A DNA stretch of 63,118 nt, filler included, from Xylographa opegraphella (lineage: Eukaryota), in NCBI GenBank assembly GCA_022813865.1. It is 10 parts of 10 records of this genome, joined end to end, with 100 filler letters (N's around TTAATTAATTAA, not from the genome) between each part and the next. Parts side by side here need not be neighbours in the genome. Positions count along the whole stretch, not along the records: positions 51,045 to 57,047 come from JALDZX010000219.1; positions 57,148 to 63,118 come from JALDZX010000220.1; 8 more parts are not named here. One strand, 5' to 3'. This document shows, one piece after another, positions 52,267 to 63,118 of this stretch. Made by a program: the position numbers and the translations under genes. Every line of letters starts with the position of its first letter. Position 1 is the first letter of the stretch. The notes beneath the pieces are model-generated. The model did no database searches. It saw nothing but the letters and a program-made list of their open reading frames with translations, and was not told the origin of the DNA.

Positions 52267-55200
52267 GGTGAGAGAATTGGACGCTGGAAAGCGTAGGTGT
52301 TCGAGTGCGGAGGATGCTGTTGCCTGGCGAGTTGTGCTTTTAGAAGTGCGGTTGCGGTGGTGAGCAAGGGGGTTGGCAAGTCGAATCAGGCTGGGAGCAC
52401 GGCGAAGAGCTGGTTCAAGTGATCGATTGAGGGGGTCGGCGAACTGGAAAAGAATTCTGTAGTGGTAGGCAATGGACCGAGAAGGAAAGGAGGGAGAGGA
52501 AGTCAGTATTTATGACTGGAAAAAAGGACACATGACGGGCATTCCGTTTTGACAGGCCCGCTGCTTTTTTTCGGGGCTCCGTTCTGGGAACACGACCGTG
52601 GTCAGGGCTGTGAGCTTGAGTTTCCAGCCTAGCGGTTCTGAAGCACGATGCTATTCAGGGCAAGGCGAGCTGGCCTCTGTTCAATCAACTGGGCCAAACT
52701 TTGTGAGAGAAACAAGGTTGCATGGAGGCCGGGGGGTCCCGGGCAGGTGGGAATTGAAGGGCAGCGCAGGGGGGTGGGAGAGCAAACAAAAAGGCAAAAG
52801 GGCGGTCAGCGAGCGGGAATGGGCGAAACAGGGCTGATGTGCCCCTCCGGTGGTAGGTAGCAGGTAGCAGCTACTTTTTCCTCGCGAGGGAGGGGCGTCG
52901 TAGAGGGGGGGTCTTTCCCGGGGGGCCTCTGGCTCGAAATATGGGCACATGATGGGCTAAAACGGGCTGGTCGACCCCTGCGGCTTACATGGTCCCTCGA
53001 GCAGAAACTGACCACTCCCATGCCCGCATCGCCATTCGTCAGCATGTCTGACGTGGAATGTGCCGGACACGACGGCGAGCCGAGAGAAGGGCGGGGGGGG
53101 AAGGAACAAGAGAGAGATATGTCATGATGGAGGAATGACGAAGAGCCACGGCTTGTCCTGACCCTCACGCAGGCTACTGAGAGGGGGGAAGCGGTTTGCC
53201 GAGAGAGAGAGAGGCATGATTGGATGGATTGCAATTCGGCACGGTCGGCCACCCAGCTCGTGTCGGAGGATTTTGACTCACTCCTCCCATTATTTTCTAA
53301 AATGACCATCGTGAGAACGGTACGAGCGCTCGACAGAGGAGCGCAAACCCCCCCTAGACCAGCTGCAGACTGCAGCGACGGTGCGCCTGCATGGCACAGC
53401 GGCGACTCAGCTGGGCTGCACGTGGCACTCTGCAACCGGCAGCGGGCGTTGATCAGCCACTCGTCGGACGGGGGGGGCCTGTATTGAAAGTAAGTGCTTT
53501 GGGCCCGGTGTCTGATCGTCGTCCGCGACTTTCAGCAGGTCCACGCTGGCGGGTCGATGTCCGCACGCCGATCGTTCTGTCCGTTCGCTCTCCTCGTTTG
53601 GCGGACTTAAGGCTTTCCGTGTGAAGCCGAGGGATGATGGGATGTGCAGGTAATGATAGGGAATGGTGCAGGTAATGATAATGAATGCAAGGACCGGGGC
53701 GATTGCGTCACCTTCACCGCTCAGCACGTGGGAGAATTTCCACTTCCCAACGGTAGGGGAGTGAATAATATGCCGGGCGTCAATGGATGGCCAGGTTGCA
53801 GAGATTGCAGATGCAGAAATTGCAGATGTTGAAAGGGGCAAGAGGGTGGAAGGCCGAGGAAGGAAAGGAAGCTTTCGGTGCGACGCTTGGCAGCACGCGT
53901 CAGGGGTTGGCATGCCAAGACTTGGCCCCTGATGCAGGGGCTGAAACCGATCACAGGTTGATCGTCTGCCAAGCAACGCACTAACCACGGCAAGTGATTG
54001 GCTGCTGCCCTGCTCGTCATGTGATGCAACAAAAGCATGATCAGCCTTCTCCCTGATTCATACGAGGACCTTTTCAGGGTAAGCTTCTTTCCTTGGAGGG
54101 TTTGAGGCTGAGTCAGTCAGCATCCCACGATCATTTCCCCGACCGACACCTTTCAGCGCCTGCTGTGCATCATTCTGCTCGGTGTTGTTGGTGTCGAACA
54201 TTGTTCGGTGGTTGTAAAACTCTCAGGGGAGACACACTTTTCTGTCACGCAATAGAGTTCAGCTCGACCAGGAACTGAGCGGAGCAAGCTGCGTAATCAC
54301 CACGGACTCGCTATTGCAACACCCCCTTCAACACACCCCCCTCGACCCCCAATTAAACTGCCAGGAGCGATATTTGATTCAATGCGCATACAGCACCTTA
54401 GTCGCGCATACGTGCTCATTAGCCTCGCATATGCGAACGACGAACGTGCACCGAAGCCCGCTTCCGTCGGCACACCCCCATACACACACCCACAGCACTG
54501 ACGGCGTCCAATCTCGCTGGTCCACGCCACGTTGCCTCGATGCGATCATTGTAGGCTACTTTGCTGGCAGCCTGGATCCCTTTCGCTCGACCTGAGACCT
54601 TGCCTTGCGTGCTCACTGCTCAGCGCTCATCGACACCTGTGCGTGATAATTTCCAGCGTGGCGCTCCGGGCATTCCGGCTCCGGGGCGTTCGCCTGGCCT
54701 CTGACGAACCACACAATGCCGACTCCGCCACGTCCGCCCGACGACAAGGTGCCCTGACCATCTTCACACCCAATGGAGTTGTCTCGCGGACTCGTCGCGA
54801 CACCGTCCACCGAACGCGAGGCAATGGTGTGATCCCCAAATTGCGCCGTCCAAGCGCGCATCAGAATAGGTGAAATCCATCAAATCTCCCCCGCCAGCTG
54901 AACCGGGGTCGGCAGGCACTTTGGTGAGAGAAGAAAGCAGCCGAATAATGGCCACGTGGGAGTGGCGTCAGCTCGGATGCTGCAGGGCGCGGCTTCCAGG
55001 CCCTGGTGCCTGCGTCTGCACAGCACACCTTTTCCCGATGATGCCACGCATGCTCTCTCCACCCCCGGGATATTGCGCTCATGGTGCGCTACCAGCCTAC
55101 GCCGACGATGTGGATTAAGGTACAGGCCAATCAACAGTGTGTAGAAATATAACCGAGACTCGAGTCCCAGCATCAGCCCATCCAGTGCCACGAAATTACT

Positions 55201-56510
55201 GCCAATAAACATGGGCTGAGCGCCAATGTGCACACTTGGCGCCTCGCAGTCCTCGGCGACCTCGGAATCAGCTCACCACCCACACACTTTTCAACAATCA
55301 TCGAAAAGGCGTGGGTGGGTGGGTGGAATAATGGGCGGAGCGGCCGCTGTCAAAACGATCGACCGCGAGCCGCAGAAAAGGTGCAGCGTCCGGGAGGAAG
55401 TGCCGCACACACGCGAGCTGGTTGTGGCCATAGCTGGGACTTGTCTGTACTGCCTGCGGTTACACAAATTCAGGTCGTTGATATGCGCCTGGCGGCCTTC
55501 ACGTTCATTCTTGGTGACTTTACTGTGTTTCTCACTCTTGACGGGCCAGCGCCCTCGATGCGAAACGGACGGGATTCGAAGGAAGATCAACGAGATGCCC
55601 GAGCACCCCGATTCGTTTTCTCCTTCAAGACATCCACCGCCCAACCTCTCCCCAGAGTTCGGTACGTACCGGGATAAGCAGGATCCCCTCTCCCCCCCAA
55701 AGAAGAATCCTCGAATCCTCCCCCCCAACAAAGAAAACCCTCGAATCCTTCGACCCCTTTCCCCCACCACCCAGCACGCTCTACTACTCACCCTCCATCC
55801 CTCCCAGCACAAACCCGCCCGTCCTCCACCCACCCCACTCACCTACTGCCCTCCGGCATCGGGCAACGACATGCGATGCAGACAAAACGCCAATAGTTTC
55901 TCAGCTCGACACTCTGAAATCCCCACGACCGGCCCGGGATCAGACATGGAGGAAGCAAGCCGTCGTGATTGACCGTGTCTCGGACGCCAAAATATGTCTC
56001 GAAGCCGGAGCCGTAGCTAGGTAAACGCTGATCAGGTTAATTCACTCATCGGTCCCGGATAATGGGCGGTTCGTACAAGGTACGTGGTAAGTATATGGGA
56101 GGGGTAGCAAGCAATGCACTGCGGCGGTGACAGTACTGTGTAGACATTGGAGCAGCAATAGCCGACGACTTTTCAGCCAGCTCCTTTCGTAGCTATTTTA
56201 GGTAGTCTAGGTTACTTTACCTCGCTGGAAGAGGTGGGACTTTTCTCACATCCCCCACCCTTACTCATTAATCTGCATCCACAGACCCCCCCTCGGCCGG
56301 CACGGCATCCAGTCTCGAACCCGAAGCACCGGCTTTGCACTTCTCTTATTATTTTAGGCATCAAAGCCCAAAGTGGAATCTATGCGCTCAAACTCTCTCA
56401 TCACCTCTGATACCCTCACTCAGCAACCCTACTCCCCACCACCTCACCCCCTCCCTCCATGCCTGCCCACCTCATCCTCCCACCATCAATTCCACCACTC
56501 ACCCCCCTTC

Positions 56511-56962
56511 CTACCCCCCAACCTGCGACGCCCGAATCCACTCCTCCATCATCTCCCCCCCACCCGCACCCGCACCCTTTCCCCTCCGCTTAACAACCAA
56601 GCACAAGATGCGGCCATAGATACGGAACCCATCATACGTCGTCCGCGGCGCCGATTTCTTCTTATCATCCTCCTCCTCCCCGTCCCCATCTCCATCTGCA
56701 CCCTCACCCTCACCTTCTACTCGACCCACCCCCTCCTCCCCCTCCACGCTTTCCCGCCTCACAGCTCCCGACGGCCCTGCTGCGTCGTGGGCGTCGGCTA
56801 GTAGAAGAGGCCGCTCACTCGTCCCCATCCCCGTCCCCATCATCCCCCCCCCTCCACCCCGACGCCCTCGCCTCGCCTCCCCGCCACCGAAATCCCTCTG
56901 CCTTACCAAAACCCCATGCGGCGTACTCAACTCCGTCAGGAAGACCGAGACCTCGAAATCAT
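56511..56962 (-). CDS. Last exon of a hypothetical fungal protein (5' part beyond the contig edge)
   Basis: GCTAAC..CAG acceptor at 56963; EEDDKKK..RTTYDGFRIYGRILCLVVKRRG..MMEEWI looks like a conserved C-terminus. Confidence 0.7.
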
Positions 56963-57229
56963 CTGTTGCCCCCCCCAAAAAGACGTTAGCTCTCACTCCC
57001 CAACTCACCCCCCTCACCCAAAAAATCCCTCCCTAACCCCCCCCCCCNNNNNNNNNNNNNNNNNNNNNNNNNNNNNNNNNNNNNNNNNNNNTTAATTAAT
57101 TAANNNNNNNNNNNNNNNNNNNNNNNNNNNNNNNNNNNNNNNNNNNNGAGCTCTCGCTTAGCAGCTCTCGCTATCCTGCAGGCAGGCCGGGACTCTATTT
57201 CTAACAAATACTATTTTTACACCCTTATG

Positions 57230-60200
57230 TCACTGACTTTAATCAGCCCATCGAGGACCCTATTAAATGTTTATGTGAATGAAACCCTCTGGGGAAAAAA
57301 TCACCCTTTCGTTCCGTAGATATTAACCCATCGCCACGATTGAAATACTTTGTGTATTTATTTTAGCCTTTTTATACGTTTAAACGCCTTCATAAAAAAG
57401 TGATTTAATCATCGAAAATTGATTTAATAAAGTTATATATATTAATATTTTGATCGTTATACGAAGTCCCTTGGTGGTTCCGATAAACTCTCGATAATTT
57501 AGGGGTTCGATGCCTTTTATTTCGATTTTTATGCGTTTTTTGAACGCAGTTTAAATTTTATACTATGTTAATATATATCGAGCTATTTGTAGTTGACCGT
57601 ACTTTTCGTTTTCGCATTACGGCTTCATATTCGATATTTTTTTTATTATTAAAATTTTTTTAAAATTTATGTTCTCGATTTTAATCTGCATCGCTAGCGT
57701 GTTTTCGGCCTTGTGAAATTCTTGTTGCAGTTTAATCGTTTTTTTAATAAAAATCTGCACTGGGCTAATATTTTGCCCGTTTGCTTTTGATATTTTAGCT
57801 ATTTTTTATTTTATTTATTTTTATAATAAGTTATTATAATTTTTTTGGCGTCGCTGAATCCGCGTTTTTTTGTTCTTTAATAATATAGTGCTTTTTTAAT
57901 TATTTTTTTATTATTTATTATTTTCTGTCCCTCGAGGTAATGTGTTTAAATCGAGATAATGTGTTTAAATCGAGATTTTATTTTCGCTTTAATTTCATTA
58001 TATATCGTGATTATTTTTTGCGTTTTACTAATGTCTCGTATACGCTACGTTGCGATATTTTAAATTTTATTAAAATATAAACTGATCGAAGGTATATAAA
58101 CCTCTGTTTATAATATTTCTGTAGTAATTTTTTTCAAGCTTTTAGTAATATTGCGTAGTTCTTGATTTTATAAAGGTTTTAATATTTTTCGATTTTTACA
58201 AAGCCCTCGGCATCGCTTTTTTATTGCCAAATCGTCGTTTCGTAAATAATCGCCGATTTAGTTGAAATGAATGGGTGGAATCAGTATGGTGGAACCAGTG
58301 TTTCATTGAACTATCTGTCAAGATGCGTAAGAAGGTTGCTTTCTTCTTAAGGAAGAAAACTCCCTTATATACGGCTACGCTAGTCTAGAAGCAGGTTAGC
58401 GTCTATATTGCCTGCAGGCAACATAGAGGGCATTCTGCCAGGCAACGCTATTTCCAACAGATTTGATCATTATGCTGTATATCTGCCTGGCCTTTGCGAA
58501 GTTCGCTTTTTATATAAAGGTCTTTAATTTTGATATCGTTAATATTTATACCGCGTTTTTAGTTTTAACGTTGCGCAAATACGCGCTTTATTTTAATTTA
58601 ATATTAATTTAGACCTTTAGAATTTTAATGTTATTCTTTGAATTAATAGTAATATCGATTATTTATAGTATTATCTTTATATTAAACTTCCGTAAAATGC
58701 GTAATAAATAAATTAACTCGTATTTCTTAGGCGCGAAAGCTGTATTATATTTATTCGTTTACGTCGTATAGTTTTCGTATATTTTATTTAGCGTTTTGTA
58801 GTTTTTCTCGATTAATTGATCTTATATTAATATATTCGCATCATCCACGAAATCTATCGATATAGCTTTAAAATTTAATTTATCATAATCGTTAAATAAG
58901 TCTGCGTTAAGAAATAAAAATAATATCGATATTATAAAGAATTTCTGCGAAATTTTAACGTTAACGTTGCGTATTACGCTCGTTTAATCGTTAAATGTTA
59001 AAAACGATTATTTATTTCGCAAAAAACTGCCCACTCACGTTATTATATATTGTGAAATTCTGCGTTTTCGAAAATTATAAAACAGGCGTTAATGGGAAAT
59101 ATTGTTGAAAACTTTATTAATATTGAAATTCACTATTATCGCGACGTAATCGTTATTTTTGCTTCAAATCGTGTAAACTTGCTTAACGAGCAGTTTTAAC
59201 GCTATTTTGATAAATTGTTTATATTTCGCCTTTATTTGGCAAATAACTAAAAAATCGTGTTTTTCTGCTAATTCGTTAATTCTCGTCGTTATTATAAATT
59301 TTAGGGCCTTGTTTATAATATTTAATAAAGCGATAGATTTATAAATTTTGGATTAATATAATTTTCTTTTCCTAATTTGCGAAGGGTTATAGTATTTGCT
59401 TTTTTATAACGAAGCGATTAATACGCTATTTTTACGCATGCGTTGAATAAACAAATTAAAAACGGCTTCAACACTGGAAAACTTATTTGAAGAATTTTAT
59501 TAAATATGTCGAATACCCCTGATACTTTATCTGATTGTAATCTGCGTATAGCCTTCGCCATTTTATCCCTTACTAGCAATATAAATATTAGTTTATATAT
59601 AAAATGACTAAGTTTATATTAATTTTTATTGCAGTTTCGGCGTTTATAAATTTTCGCTCTCGTTCTCGCTGCGGTTTTACGGTTTGAAGGCCAGGGCAAA
59701 CCCTTTTTCGCTTAAATATTAGCAGTTTATATTTTAAATACGTATTTATAAATATATAACTAGGCGTTACCACTTCGATACGCATGCGTATCTCAGGTTT
59801 TTTATACGAATAAAGTAATTTTTTATTCAACGTATCGACATGCGTTATTGTTCTTTTGAGCTATATAAACAGTTTTTTCGATAAAGACGTAATCTTTCTT
59901 TTACAGCGTAATACGGGCCCTACCCGGGCATAAAATAAATATTTCGTTAAAATATAATCGCTGCTTTCGCGCGGGTACTCGAATACTGCGAATTTTTAAA
60001 TATAATATATAAAAGTTTCGTTTTCGCGTATTAAGCGCAGAGCAGATATTATATTTAAAGTATTTTAAAATTAAAGCTCAGTAAAGGGATAAAGTTTTTA
60101 AGGCCGTCGATAATTATTATTATATATTACGACCCGCGCGTGTACCTATCAACGTTTTCTAAGCGTTTCTCGTTATTTATATATTTTTTTATAACAAATC

Positions 60201-60800
60201 GATTATATTTTGCAGACTATTCGTATTTTACGTTTTTATCAGGCGATATAAATCGTTATAATTTATTAATCAAGTTTATATTCCTTTTTTCTAATGAATT
60301 TCGCGTTTTTATTATATAATTTACTCTTAATATCTTAATAAAATGCCCGTATATTATTTATCGTATTTAGTTTTAATAACGAAAGTTTTTAACGAATATA
60401 TTCGTTTGTTAATCGTTATCGAACCATACTTTTGCGAAATTTATATCAACGAAGGCCTTTTAACGAACGTATTCGTTATTACTCGTATAAATTACGCGTA
60501 TAAAAGACGTATTAACAAAATTTATTAAAATACCTTAACGAGGTTTATACGATAGTTAACGAAAATGCCTGTAATTTGAATATTATTGCCCTTGTTAAAC
60601 TGTATTTCGCCGCCCAGCTGATTTTAAAGTTTTATAAACACAAAGTATTCTGTTCTTTATTTTAAGCGATACCCCGTCCACGCGTAAGCATTTCGAGCTC
60701 GACGCTTTTAAATTTATTTGCGAAATAAATAAAATAAAAGTCGAATAGTTATTATAAGCAAATCCTTTATTTATTGGGCCCGCGCGTTTTGCAACAACGC
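57230..60800 (-). mobile_element. RIP-degenerated Tad1-like LINE (limits approximate)
   Basis: Minus-strand NINKVFNNISH*RLFYNFRKRRI..*VGSFL (from DI.GAFDNVSH.RL) near 59020-59130 and IDFVDDANIL near 58830-58860. Confidence 0.82.
58260..58459 (-). repeat. Solo LTR family H (200 bp) inserted in the LINE, TSD GATTT
   Basis: GC-normal island flanked by GATTT at 58255-59 and 58460-64; on the minus strand TGTTGGAAAT...ATTTCAACT. Confidence 0.88.
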
Positions 60801-61170
60801 GCCCCGTTGGATCAATTCAGCTTCATCGCCACGCCACCGCCGCGAGTATAATTACTGACGCCGGACACCGCGTGAAAGTGTGATCCATCGTTTTATTACT
60901 ACTGCAAGCAGTAGTAATACCCAGTGCAAGTTCACTGAGAGCGAATTTGTTTAATAATAAATACTTTTTATAATATTAACGCAGTTAAAGTCTTTTTTTA
61001 AATATTTATTAAAATCGATATTTTTAAATAATTATTTAATTCAAAGACTTTTTTGGCGCAGCTCGAAGGAGTTATATATTTTATTTTAATCGTTAATATC
61101 GATATTAATCTTTGTTTTCGACTTACTTAAAATATTAATTTTTTTTAAATATATATACATATGTTAAAAT

Positions 61171-61359
61171 TATTGAAACTAATCACTAGGCACAGGTAAT
61201 GGCAGCAGGTAACAGTGCATTGCTTAATCACTAAGAAGGTGAAGAGTTCTTCTGGAGACGGGGCTCCANNNNNNNNNNNNNNNNNNNNNACTAAGCTAGG
61301 CCTAATCGGCTATAGTAAAGGACCAACAACACAGACTGCTAACGCCCTGATTTTCAACA
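61171..61359 (-). repeat. Solo LTR family A with TSD AAAAT
   Basis: AAAAT at 61166-70 and 61360-64. Confidence 0.95.
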
Positions 61360-61519
61360 AAAATCAACTTTTAATTTATTTTATTTATTACGTAATCAAA
61401 CTTCGAATACTCGATTGAATTAAAATTTTTACTAACCTCGTAAATTACATTTATATTAACTATTAAACGAATGTAGCGAAGCAGGGATTTTAACGCGTAA
61501 TTATAAAATTTAATAAGGT

Positions 61520-61751
61520 TGTTACGGCTCGCTATCTCACCAGAAAAGCAGGCCTAGAACCACAGCTATAGGTGAGCGATTTCAACCTAGAATAATACAA
61601 GGAAGCAAGTTTANNNNNNNNNNNNNNNNNNNNNNNNNNNNNNNNNNNNNNNNNNNNNNNNNNNNNNNNNNNNNNNNNNNNNNNNNNCCGGACGCGCTTT
61701 AGTCCCGTTCCGTCTATCACTTATTAAGGTGCCATGTAACACGCCGTTACA
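61520..61751 (-). repeat. Solo LTR family C (unmutated, internal N gap)
   Basis: TGTTACGGCTCGC...GCCGTTACA; same family as the degenerate LTR at 21274-21504, whose PPT sets the orientation. Confidence 0.92.
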
Positions 61752-61979
61752 ATTTCAATATTTTCTTTATTATATTGTAAATCGAAATAAAATATTTTAT
61801 TACAATTATATATGAATTCATAATTTATCTTTTATCGTTTCATGATATTATAATTTTTAATTGAAAATTCATTATCTTTCGAAATAATATACGATATACT
61901 GTTTTAAAGCTACTTTTTATATCATTGGAAAAAAATTTACTCTGGAAATTCGATTGTGTTTTAATTTTACCTGTGCGTT

Positions 61980-62808
61980 TTATATTTTTTCAGAATTCTT
62001 AGTTCCCATTTCGAAAATATACGTCCTCGCATCTTTAAATTCACCTTTCCAACCTTCACCCTGTATATTGCCTACGGTCCGTGCATGTTTATAACCCTTA
62101 TACAATTCAGCATCAAACTTGAAGCTCCTTTCAACCTTCAGGCCGACATGCCGTCCAAGGTCCCGCAAGTTCCACAGAGAGTAGGGCTCGCCCTCGAATA
62201 TCGTCACTATGATTGATGCACCCGGCGCCAGTAACGCCTTCGCTCGCTCCAGAAATTTCACTACAAGCTCTTGGTTCGCACGCACCTGTCTGTTTCTGTC
62301 TTTTGTAAGGCCGCCAACGTGTGGGAAATTGAAGACAATGAGGTCCCACGGGTCTTTGCGAATGGCAGGACCTCCACCGGTCGGGACGGGTAGGCCGAGT
62401 TTCGTGGCGTCAATAGAGAAGAGTACTTTCTGGTTAGAGAGCTCGAGGGTATTGATATGTGCCGCGGCTTGAGGGTATTTGGCGAAGAGAGTATTGCGAG
62501 TCTCAAAGGTTGTGGCTGTGAGGGCGGTGCAGGCGTGATAGGTGTGGAGTGAGTAAGCGAACGAGAAGTCCCCTGGGGTGTTTAGCAAAGCTTTGGATTA
62601 TAACAAATCGGAGGTGAATACCTTCACCAATAAGTAAGATGCGGTCATTTGGGCAGAAAGGGATAGTGGGCCTTCTCGAAGCTCCTAGATCTTTGGTGGA
62701 GATTTTCTGTGTATTGTTCTTGCCTATGACTGCTTGAAGTTCCTTGAACCGTTTAGAATCGGTGCGAGATTGATGCTCTCTGTTTTGTGTTTTCTTCGCT
62801 TTACCCAT
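61980..62808 (-). CDS. BMT5: 25S rRNA (uridine-N3)-methyltransferase, DUF2431 family; intron 62573-62621
   Basis: Spliced RILLIGEGDFSFA, IDATKL, DLIVFNFPHVGG, NQEL, FEGEPYSLWN, GYKHART. Confidence 0.9.
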
Positions 62809-63118
62809 GGCGAACTGAGTGAATATTCAACAATCTCATTACGCGATGTGTTTTCACCCTCAAAACATCCTTGAAATGGTATTACGATTTTGGTTCTCAT
62901 TGATAAAGCTCGCAAAAGCTGATAAAGTTTATAATAATAAACTTTTATATAAATATGAAAATAAAATTTATAATTTATAATTTATAATATCCTTCATCGA
63001 ATTTAATTTATTGATTAATTGAGTAAAATTATTTAATATATTAAACAATGTAAAAAAAAATGAAAAAATGAAAAAATGAAAAAATGAAAAAATGAAAAAA
63101 TGAAAAAATGAAAAAATG

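Noticed and set aside
52598..55972. Many overlapping 60-250 aa ORFs
   Set aside because: Expected by chance in GC-rich DNA; no domain motifs or consistent frame
56025..56070. TPP riboswitch-like CTGATCAGGTTAAT
   Set aside because: Lacks the upstream CTGAGA and the complementary P4/P5 strands
63052..63118. Terminal (TGAAAAAA)n as a telomere
   Set aside because: Not TTAGGG-like; similar simple repeats end several internal contigs

Overview
Repeat-rich filamentous ascomycete (Pezizomycotina) DNA. The window is not one locus. It is ten unrelated contigs of decreasing length (6801 to 5971 bp) joined by artificial 100-bp N44-TTAATTAATTAA-N44 linkers, so adjacency across a linker means nothing. 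About 60% is very AT-rich, RIP-degenerated transposon DNA (three Ty3/Gypsy remnants, a Tad1-like LINE, unclassified repeats). This DNA is studded with young, unmutated LTRs of about eight families and two copies of an intact Ty1/Copia RT-RNaseH end. GC-normal islands carry a HET-NACHT-ankyrin NLR, a divergent disrupted gene with a possible UDG-like fold, FRG1, a cation/Ca2+ exchanger, a SUN-family glucanase, a HeLo-like/ankyrin protein, an alpha/beta hydrolase, BMT5 and a conserved hypothetical protein. The most interesting observations are: (1) a candidate stand-alone 29-aa Pro-rich micropeptide gene with an SH3-ligand motif in a long ORF-poor region; (2) a RIP spectrum favouring CpT/CpC and sparing CpG; (3) LTRs with TSD-supported non-canonical ends (TG..TA, TG..CT); (4) a Tf1-type self-priming signature; (5) repeated LTR-into-LTR nesting.
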